Shown here: in pieces, positions 50,552 to 64,000 of the stretch | Layout: each line of letters opens with the position of its first letter | Position numbering within the stretch: the stretch's first letter is position 1 | From: Escherichia phage teqskov | Length of the DNA: 64,000 bases | Strand: one strand, 5' to 3' | Sequence record: NC_054934.1 | Notes under the pieces: generated by a model | What the model was told of the DNA's origin: nothing | What the model saw: the letters and a program-made list of their open reading frames with translations, nothing else | Database searches by the model: none | Made by a program: the position numbers and the translations under genes

Positions 50552-51185
50552 ACGCTTTTTTCATGGCCTCTGCGAGAGCCATATAGGCGTCATCGGCACT
50601 TGTATCGGCTTCCGCCGTCTGTGATTCGGTAATTTCCTTAGGAGTTACCCATGCATCTGGAGCACTTGGACCCCATACTGCATCAACACCTACAGTTAAT
50701 TTGAATCCTTCGTTTACGATACGATAACCTTTATTTGTGTCAGTCAATGAACCTAATCCACGAGAAGAAACTCCTGGAATCCATCCGGCACGAATATTAG
50801 CTGCTAATTTATCTCCAGGACCATGGTCACCTTCAATAACACGAGCTCGTCCGTATACGTCATTTCCTTTCCACCACATATCTTCTATAATGATAGCGGC
50901 TTGCATCGGGTCAACATTAGCGCGTGGAGGATGATTTAATTCTCCGAGAGCTTGTTTAGTTAAAACTTGCTCATTAATATAGTCTTTTACCGCTTTTTCT
51001 AATATACGTTTTGGATAAAGACGTTTATTTCTATTGACGACTTCCGCTTGCATGAATATTCCTTCGATGTATAAACCCGGTTTTAAACCTAAGTCTTTTC
51101 CATCGTGAGATTCAAGCATTGGCACGCCATCAATAATTTCGCCAGGTTGACCCCAAGTTTCAATTAGTAATTGGGGTTCATTCAT
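50547..51185 (-). CDS. 21: Prohead core protease gp21
   Basis: 212-aa ORF, T4 gp21 size; position between 68 and 22. Confidence 0.9.
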   Translation of the reverse strand: MNEPQLLIETWGQPGEIIDGVPMLESHDGKDLGLKPGLYIEGIFMQAEVVNRNKRLYPKRILEKAVKDYINEQVLTKQALGELNHPPRANVDPMQAAIIIEDMWWKGNDVYGRARVIEGDHGPGDKLAANIRAGWIPGVSSRGLGSLTDTNKGYRIVNEGFKLTVGVDAVWGPSAPDAWVTPKEITESQTAEADTSADDAYMALAEAMKKAL

Positions 51186-51610
51186 TAGCTTAATCCTAAT
51201 GCTTTACGGCGTTTAAGAGCTTTTTTACGCTTACGCTGAGCACGAGATTGACCTGCTGGATTGGCAATCTTCGTTTTGGTAGCTTTACGAGCAATTTGTC
51301 TACGTTTTGCTTTAGACAGCCCAGTGGTTTGAAATGCATTACGTTCACGCGTTTTGCGGTCTTTAGTGCGAGTAATTTCACCACGGGCAGAAACATGTTT
51401 AACGATGAATTCATTTAACGGCATATTTTCATTAATAGAAGCTAATGCAACCGCTAAATCAGTTTCATCATCAAGCATATTCTCGACAATTGTATTTATA
51501 TCGTCTTTATTTAAAGCAGAAGACAATTCGTCAAAGCGACCCTGTGCTTCAGGAATAAGTGCTTCGACATTCTCGAGAACTAATTCATGAGTTTCAGGGA
51601 TCAGAAGCAT
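51185..51610 (-). CDS. 68: Prohead core protein gp68
   Basis: 141-aa ORF with basic C-terminus; T4 gp68 size and position. Confidence 0.85.
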
Positions 51611-51848
51611 TATTCATCATCCTCGTCTTCGTCAGAGTCTTTGTCTTTTTTGTCGTCTTTATCATCACTATCTTCGTCTTCGTCATCATCCTCATCATCA
51701 GGTTCTTCACCTTCGATTAAGAAATTGCGAGCGATAGCGATTTTTTCTTCTTTAATTAAATCAATCGTTCTTGCAGCCATGGCTTCAGCAAAGAATTTAC
51801 GAGCGGCTACGAGGTCGTTTGATTTAATAGCTTCAATTAAACCTTCCA

Positions 51849-51849
<1 letters not shown>
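51610..51849 (-). CDS. 67: Prohead core protein gp67 with poly-acidic tail
   Basis: 79-aa ORF ending in a D/E-rich run ([32 protein letters not shown]); T4 gp67 position. Confidence 0.85.
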
Positions 51850-53474
<1,625 letters not shown>

Positions 53475-53506
53475 TTAAGCAGGATGGGGATTTCTCCCCA
53501 TTCATT

Positions 53507-53998
53507 TTATTCCCAATAATCGAGAGCAAGAGTTACTTCAAAGGTTTGGATTTCATTGTTTGAATCCCAATCTAATTGAAGTTCACCCACGTTAGTAGGC
53601 CACAGACCTTTAATTTCAATTTCTTTTGTTACTGTTTTAGCGTCACGAGCATATTGACGAACGATAGCGCTCTTTTTATACTCTGCAGGTTTTCCACCAG
53701 TAATTTCGTTTCCTTGACCAGCAGCAATGCTTTGCCAATCAACGAACTTCTGGCGAGCATCATGTGCCTCATCGTTCATTACTGTAACAGTCCAGTCATC
53801 GAATGTACGATCACCTGCTACGTTAATTTTACGGTTCATAAATCCGACTGGAATTTTTTCTACAATACCAGCTGGTAAAGCAGTGGCTTTACATTGGAAC
53901 GTGAAATTTTGTCCAAGATAAGAAATTTCTACTTGGAATAAGTTAGGTCGAGCAAAATCACCAGATTCAAACGCTCGTGTTACATCATCTACAAACAT
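53507..53998 (-). CDS. 19: Tail tube protein gp19
   Basis: 163 aa MFVDDVTRAFESGDFARPNLFQVEISYLGQNFTFQCKATALPAG...; matches T4 gp19. Confidence 0.95.
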   Translation of the reverse strand: MFVDDVTRAFESGDFARPNLFQVEISYLGQNFTFQCKATALPAGIVEKIPVGFMNRKINVAGDRTFDDWTVTVMNDEAHDARQKFVDWQSIAAGQGNEITGGKPAEYKKSAIVRQYARDAKTVTKEIEIKGLWPTNVGELQLDWDSNNEIQTFEVTLALDYWE

Positions 53999-54012
53999 AT
54001 TAGCCTCTGTAG

Positions 54013-54020
54013 TATTTATA
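54013..54020 (-). promoter_or_regulatory. Late promoter (TATAAATA) for gene 19
   Basis: Plus-strand TATTTATA about 15 nt upstream of the gene 19 ATG; a second TATTTATA lies at about 54072-54079. Confidence 0.5.
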
Positions 54021-54080
54021 TCCCTATGTTTAACCTAGGGCATATAGAATTAAAGAATTAAGGATATAGTGTATTTATAT

Positions 54081-54098
54081 GGCCTGCCGAAACAGGCC
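54081..54098 (-). terminator. Hairpin after gene 18, immediately followed by a late promoter
   Basis: GGCCTG-CCGAAA-CAGGCC just downstream of the gene 18 stop on the minus strand; TATAAATA abuts its 3-prime side. Confidence 0.5.
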
Positions 54099-54114
54099 TT
54101 TAGAATGCACCGTA

Positions 54115-56094
54115 TTAACCTGCAAGACCAGTTAACTCATCGAAATCTGCACCGGTAGCAGTTGCTACGAAGTTTAAGGTAATGTAGTTAATGCTTCTAG
54201 CCGGTTGGATGTAGAATGTTGCAACAAACTCATTTCTATCAATTACTGACGGAGTGTTATTTGTTGTATCGCAAACTACACGATATTCATAAATTCCACC
54301 GAGAGCTTTAATTCCCTGTAAGTACTGGGCAGTTTCTGTGCGGAATGATGAACGAGTAAACGCATTGTTTAATTCGAACAAACGATATTTTGAACTACGT
54401 CCGATATTCGTTTTCAACATATTAAACAGACGACGAACGTTAATACGATCAAACGGAGAAGGAACAGAAGTAGCTGTTTTATCACCATACAATACGTAAC
54501 CATCACCACCTGTACCAGTTACTGGGTTGATAGCTTCTTGGTATAAACGGTCGCGCTGCGCCTGACGAGTTTCAATAGCAAGTTTAATAACGTTAAGAAT
54601 CTGGCCACGATTATAACCAGCTGGAGACATCCAAGTCTGAGAAACGTTATCAGTTCTTGCGCATAAACCAGCAATATCAGCTGCTAATGGAACCCAACGA
54701 TTCACATCATTATATTTGTCGTACTGATACTTGTAGTTACCATCAATTGCTGCGTAGGTTGAACTGATATTAAAGTTATTATCAGTGTATGAACCTGCTG
54801 CGGTTCTCCAATTGACTAAGTTATCAACAGCACGAGTTACAGGAATTCCAACTACAGTTTCACGCGGTGGTGAGCACAGTACTAAGCAATCTTGGCGAGC
54901 ATCCCCAATTGAAACGACGTGTTTTTGGACAGTAGATGCTGTTTCTAAAGATTCACCGGCACAAGAACCCGCAATAAACAACTGAACGTCAACAGATTCA
55001 CGGTCAGCAAAGAAGTCCCAAGCTTCCATCAAATCTCCTGCTGTTACTTCAGCATTTGATGATAAACCACCAGACAGAGTTAAAATTCCAGAGAAGCCTT
55101 CTGGCCAGTTTTGTGCAGTTGCGAAAATATATTCTGAACCACCTTTTGCGAAAAAGTCATCAATATAGATGTTACTATCGTAAATATCTTTTTCACCACG
55201 CTTCGTTGAAAGAACAACGCTTTGAACAATAGCATCATTGCGACGAACTATAATAGCGTATTGTGAATCAGTTTGTGGTCCATATCCAAACACTGCTTTG
55301 GCAGTAGATGCGCGTGTTCCGCCACCTGGATAAATTGGGAGTAATGCAGAAGCACCTTTTGCGTAGTCAGCTTTAGATACGATTTCAATTTCGATTTTAT
55401 CGCCCAACTCGCCTGGATAAAGAGCTACTACTCCTGGAATTCCATATTTTTCGAGATTTGCTTGAAAGTCAACAGCTGTCATAGCAGCTTCGGCATTTTC
55501 AATTTCAGCTAATAAAATACCAGAATCAGTAATAATTTTTCCAAGAGTTATTACTGCAGCTAAACCAGAGGAAGACGAAGAAATTTCCGCAGTCCAGTTA
55601 GAACCTAATGCTGGATATTCGCCTACTTCTTTCGCTTTAGCGATAATTTTTGCGGTAGGAATATTAATTTTCTTAATTTTTCCATCAGCATCTACTTCAG
55701 TAATTTTACCTTCTGTTTCAACATCTTCTGAAACATACTTAACAGTGATTTTATCTCCAACCGCGTAGTTACTACCTGGGGTAGAAATAGTGTATTCAAT
55801 ATTACCGGCAATCGGAGATGAGTTTTTAGCGGTATCTCTATCGACAGCACGCACAACTCGCAAATCATTTCCGTATTGTAAGAAATTCATTGCAGACATA
55901 AAATAGTCAGCAGTTTCAGCTGTAGGTTGACCAAAAGTATTAACTAAATCTACTTCATTTGTAACCTGTTTAATTTGAAAAGCAGGACCCCACTGGAATT
56001 TACCGGCCAAAGCTGCTGTACCAGTAGAGTTATTAACCACGGTGCTTTGAACCGTAGTTTCTTTGAGCTCAATGCCCGGAGATAATAAAGTCAT
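54115..56094 (-). CDS. 18: Contractile tail sheath protein gp18
   Basis: 659 aa, T4 gp18 length; MTLLSPGIELKETTVQSTVVNNSTGTAALAGKFQWGPAFQIKQVTNEVDLVNTFGQP... Confidence 0.95.
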   Translation of the reverse strand: MTLLSPGIELKETTVQSTVVNNSTGTAALAGKFQWGPAFQIKQVTNEVDLVNTFGQPTAETADYFMSAMNFLQYGNDLRVVRAVDRDTAKNSSPIAGNIEYTISTPGSNYAVGDKITVKYVSEDVETEGKITEVDADGKIKKINIPTAKIIAKAKEVGEYPALGSNWTAEISSSSSGLAAVITLGKIITDSGILLAEIENAEAAMTAVDFQANLEKYGIPGVVALYPGELGDKIEIEIVSKADYAKGASALLPIYPGGGTRASTAKAVFGYGPQTDSQYAIIVRRNDAIVQSVVLSTKRGEKDIYDSNIYIDDFFAKGGSEYIFATAQNWPEGFSGILTLSGGLSSNAEVTAGDLMEAWDFFADRESVDVQLFIAGSCAGESLETASTVQKHVVSIGDARQDCLVLCSPPRETVVGIPVTRAVDNLVNWRTAAGSYTDNNFNISSTYAAIDGNYKYQYDKYNDVNRWVPLAADIAGLCARTDNVSQTWMSPAGYNRGQILNVIKLAIETRQAQRDRLYQEAINPVTGTGGDGYVLYGDKTATSVPSPFDRINVRRLFNMLKTNIGRSSKYRLFELNNAFTRSSFRTETAQYLQGIKALGGIYEYRVVCDTTNNTPSVIDRNEFVATFYIQPARSINYITLNFVATATGADFDELTGLAG

Positions 56095-56122
56095 TTTTAA
56101 TCCTCTTTAATATGCTTTAATA

Positions 56123-59263
<3,141 letters not shown>

Positions 59264-59304
59264 GATTTCTCCTAATCTGGGCTTTAATTAGTTTATAATA
59301 TTTA

Positions 59305-61006
<1,702 letters not shown>

Positions 61007-61019
61007 TTAAAAATCCTTT

Positions 61020-61035
61020 GGGGCCTTGCGGCCCC
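61020..61035 (-). terminator. GNRA-tetraloop hairpin after wac
   Basis: Minus strand GGGGCC-GCAA-GGCCCC immediately after the wac stop. Confidence 0.5.
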
Positions 61036-61038
61036 ATG

Positions 61039-62490
61039 TTATGCTGGTGATAAAAAGGTAGAAAGCAATACCCATTCGCTGTCTTTACGAACGTAAGCTT
61101 GGCCATCTTTTGGAGCTTCAGGAATATAACCGGCTTCTTGGAGAGCTTGAACATCGTCTTGTAAAGAAGATATATTGCCTTTAGCTGTATTCACTTCTTG
61201 TGTAACTGATGCAATGTTAGTTTCGTTAGCTTTTATTGAATTGGTTAATCCGCGTTCTTCAACAGTTGAACCGTTTGGATTAGTTCCATTTACTAAAGTA
61301 TTTAACGCTACAACTTGCCCTTTAATTCCTGTGCTGTTATTACCAATCTCTACTTGTAGGTTTTGAACATCGTTATTCAAGCCTGAAACAGAAGTTTCAA
61401 TTGTAGAAACTCGGTTTAAAAGAGACCCAGGAGGAGAAGGTTGTCCACCGCTAGAATCAGTTCCAACAATTTGGTTTAACCACGAAACATTCGCTCTTAA
61501 ACCAGATGAAGTGTTTTCACCGACGATTCCATTTAAAGATTCGATTGAAGTTGTATTATCTTTGATTTGGCCTTTAATACTCGAAGGAATATCATCTGAA
61601 CCAATAGAAGTTTCAATAACGGTTAAACGCTGTTTAATACCACCACTTTGATTTAGCTCTAAATTAATAGATGCAATATTATCAGTGTTTGTATTAATCG
61701 AATTATTTCCTGGATATCCTATTGAGGTCTTAATAGCACTAATATCAGACTCAACTGTTGTCTGTTTAGTGTCAATTTCATTTAAGCGGCTGTAAATGTT
61801 TTGTGAAAAAGACGGTGGTTTCGGTCCAAGCTCTTCGCGAAGATTGCCAACTTCAATGGTCAAAGAACCTACATCAGATTCAATAAATTTTGTTTCTAAT
61901 TCACTTAAACGTATTCCCTGTGAAGTAATGACATCAGTATTATTAATAATGCGATGCTTCATTCCACTACTAGGATTTCCTACAACAGGAAGACCATTAA
62001 TATCTTGACCAGTGTATTGTCCAAGTTCACGCTTTATCCACAGTAAATCATTTCTGATCGTTCTGTATACAGAGTTGGCCTCGGAGTTAAATGGACCAAT
62101 ATCAGCAAGAATGTTGTCAACTGTACTATTAGTTCCATTTAATATTTCTGTATGTTCACTGGTTAGCGTTTTGAGGTCAGAAATATCCTTTTTATTGATA
62201 CTTATTTGTGCTAAAGCTTCTATATCACCAGATACATCTAAGATGCCCTGGATGGTTTTAATATCACTATTTGCGGTTTCTAAAGATGTTTTAAGTATTC
62301 CAATGTTTTTATCAAGAACTTCAACATTTCTTAGTACAGAAACTGTAGGTCTATTCATTGAACCTTCGCTTCCATACTGTGTGTCAGCTCCTAATATTTC
62401 TTCGCCGTTTTTAATCCAGGAAATGCGGCTCTGGCCCTCCTGCGGAGGGCCGTCAACGAATGGTAAGTCATTCAGTACAATATCTGTCAT
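61039..62490 (-). CDS. wac: Fibritin (whisker / neck fibre) with C-terminal foldon
   Basis: 483-aa coiled-coil protein ending [27 protein letters not shown] (foldon). Confidence 0.95.
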   Translation of the reverse strand: MTDIVLNDLPFVDGPPQEGQSRISWIKNGEEILGADTQYGSEGSMNRPTVSVLRNVEVLDKNIGILKTSLETANSDIKTIQGILDVSGDIEALAQISINKKDISDLKTLTSEHTEILNGTNSTVDNILADIGPFNSEANSVYRTIRNDLLWIKRELGQYTGQDINGLPVVGNPSSGMKHRIINNTDVITSQGIRLSELETKFIESDVGSLTIEVGNLREELGPKPPSFSQNIYSRLNEIDTKQTTVESDISAIKTSIGYPGNNSINTNTDNIASINLELNQSGGIKQRLTVIETSIGSDDIPSSIKGQIKDNTTSIESLNGIVGENTSSGLRANVSWLNQIVGTDSSGGQPSPPGSLLNRVSTIETSVSGLNNDVQNLQVEIGNNSTGIKGQVVALNTLVNGTNPNGSTVEERGLTNSIKANETNIASVTQEVNTAKGNISSLQDDVQALQEAGYIPEAPKDGQAYVRKDSEWVLLSTFLSPA

Positions 62491-64000
62491 TCTTTTACCT
62501 TAATTATGTAGTTTAAAGAAATGTTCCATGGACGTGTTTCATTTCCAATTAATTCAGGACGATTTAATGTATATTTGGAATTTCGTTGTGATGCCGGGTC
62601 AATTTCATATCCGTCATTGGTGAAGTATGAACGGTTATCCCAGTCAAGTCCTTTACGTGTACCAACAAAATTTGATCTACGGGTATTACCGAATGCTCCA
62701 GAATCATCATGCTCACCAAATCCGCCCGCATGTTTATGATAAGACATCTGTTGTTTCTGTACTTCACCAACATATCCACCAGTACAACCTACACCTAATC
62801 TAGGTTTACCAAACTGGTCATTACCATTAACATTTGGATTTGTTAAGTGAGAGCCACGACCAGAGCCACGAACAAAAAGACCACGCATATCAGGTAATCC
62901 AGGATTTGATGAGCTTCCGCCATATCTTGTTCCAATTCTAGAAGCATATAATGGACAATCTGACGCTGAAACGGTTCCACCATGGCAAAAACGCCAAGCA
63001 TCACTAGGAAGACTATCAGCGGCCCACATCATAATAGCTCCGACAGGAATAGTTCTATCAATTTCATTTTGTGTTACGACACGCTTACCTTGAATATAAC
63101 CACCGGTCATGTTAACTGTTCCGGTAATATTTGCTCCACCTGAGGCTATTGTAAGCGTGTTATTAATGCGGAGTGTTCCATTAATAGTTTGACCGCCTCT
63201 TTGATGGATAACGTCAGCATTCCAAGCTAGTGCTGATGAAGCATCACCTCCACTCTGTGAGCCGGCAGTTGTAGTTAATTTAACTACACCTCTCATTGAC
63301 GTTGTAGAACCACGACCATTAAGAGTTGCACCAGTAACAGCAACAGAAGCATTATTCGAGTTAACTTCTGATTGTGTTCCTAATTTAATTACGCCTTTAT
63401 ATTCTTCAGTAGCAGATGAATTCATAAACGTATAAGGAGAAATTGCATAGCCTTCTCTTAAAGTTCCCTGACGAACCTGCGCTACTGTTGCTAATTGAAC
63501 AACACCTTGGTCCGATTCGGTAGCTGTGGTTTCAGAAGGAGCAATTTGCGCAATTAATTTAATAGCTAACTGCTGCGTTTTTAATGGAGTCATTGCAGTA
63601 GTATCATCTGCACCAGCTAATGCTTGCGGTAGAGATGATAACTTAATAACGCCAAGTGAACTTTCAGAAGAAATTCGTGTATCAAAAATGTGATTAATTG
63701 CTGTAGTAAATTTAGCCGGAGTTATAGATGATTCATTATTAACACCAGCTACAGCTTCATCGTCTGTTGAATAACGTGTAAGTCCATAAACTTCTTCGGT
63801 AGCATTTGGATATGATAATCTTGTTGCCAACGTTGCCGGTGTAACTGCTTTGGTATTATTAGTTCCATCTATAACTTCCTGTTCAGTGGCAAGAAATAAA
63901 ATTCCCTTTGTTGTTGACGATGCATCAGGAACTCCATTTACGCCAGCAGGAGAAATGGCTGCTATAGCAGCCTGAACATCAGTAATCTCTGGTGGAAAAT
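62487..64000 (-). CDS. 12: Short tail fiber gp12, partial (N-terminus beyond window end)
   Basis: Frame is open from the window edge (...[42 protein letters not shown]...) through ...[11 protein letters not shown]; matches T4 gp12; the track ORF at 63830 starts at an internal TTG. Confidence 0.9.
   Translation of the reverse strand, partial: FPPEITDVQAAIAAISPAGVNGVPDASSTTKGILFLATEQEVIDGTNNTKAVTPATLATRLSYPNATEEVYGLTRYSTDDEAVAGVNNESSITPAKFTTAINHIFDTRISSESSLGVIKLSSLPQALAGADDTTAMTPLKTQQLAIKLIAQIAPSETTATESDQGVVQLATVAQVRQGTLREGYAISPYTFMNSSATEEYKGVIKLGTQSEVNSNNASVAVTGATLNGRGSTTSMRGVVKLTTTAGSQSGGDASSALAWNADVIHQRGGQTINGTLRINNTLTIASGGANITGTVNMTGGYIQGKRVVTQNEIDRTIPVGAIMMWAADSLPSDAWRFCHGGTVSASDCPLYASRIGTRYGGSSSNPGLPDMRGLFVRGSGRGSHLTNPNVNGNDQFGKPRLGVGCTGGYVGEVQKQQMSYHKHAGGFGEHDDSGAFGNTRRSNFVGTRKGLDWDNRSYFTNDGYEIDPASQRNSKYTLNRPELIGNETRPWNISLNYIIKVKE

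Overview
This window is a contiguous stretch of a T4-like (T-even, Tequatrovirus-type) myovirus genome, read here with early and middle genes mostly on the + strand and late structural genes on the - strand. All identifications come from reading the ORF translations and sequence motifs and comparing them with T4 proteins from memory; no database search was run. Coordinates of small motifs (promoters, hairpins) are hand-derived and may be off by 1-2 nt.

Gene content, in window order:
- 1-4.3 kb (-): long tail fiber genes 35 (partial) and 34.
- 4.4-16.8 kb (+): rnh, dsbA, 33, 59, 32, five small ORFs, frd, one extra ORF, td, two small ORFs, nrdA, nrdB, denA, rnlA.
- 16.8-32.9 kb (+): alc, spanin pair, pseT, six small ORFs, cd, two small ORFs, 31, rIII, nine small ORFs including NADAR-like and HAD-like proteins, DNA ligase 30, then two tandem Alt-family ADP-ribosyltransferases.
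- 32.9-39.2 kb (-): baseplate genes 54, 48, 29, 28, 27, 51.
- 39.2-41.2 kb (+): 26, 25, uvsY and two small ORFs.
- 41.2-43.0 kb (-): uvsW.1 and uvsW.
- 43.0-46.7 kb (+): inh, hoc, two small ORFs, rnlB.
- 46.8-64.0 kb (-): head, neck, packaging and tail genes 24, 23, 22, 21, 68, 67, 20, 19, 18, 17, 16, 15, 14, 13, then wac and 12 (partial).

Regulatory architecture follows the T4 pattern: GTTTAC-N17/18-TAnnAT early promoters, MotA-box middle promoters, TATAAATA late promoters, and GC-rich tetraloop hairpins as terminators.

I did not find a self-contained novel multi-gene system. The observations most worth a second look are:
- an extra ORF inserted between frd and td, which overlap directly in T4;
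- a recent tandem duplication of an Ig-like domain inside hoc;
- tandem divergent Alt-family ADP-ribosyltransferases that both keep the R/STS/ExE motifs;
- a NADAR-family ORF in a locally GC-enriched patch;
- early promoters embedded in perfect dyad symmetries, and a 54-nt promoter-leader cassette repeated 16 kb apart;
- a 190-nt structured non-coding spacer followed by a tiny, very basic ORF;
- intron-free td and nrdB and compact junctions with no room for the T4 seg/mob homing endonuclease genes.
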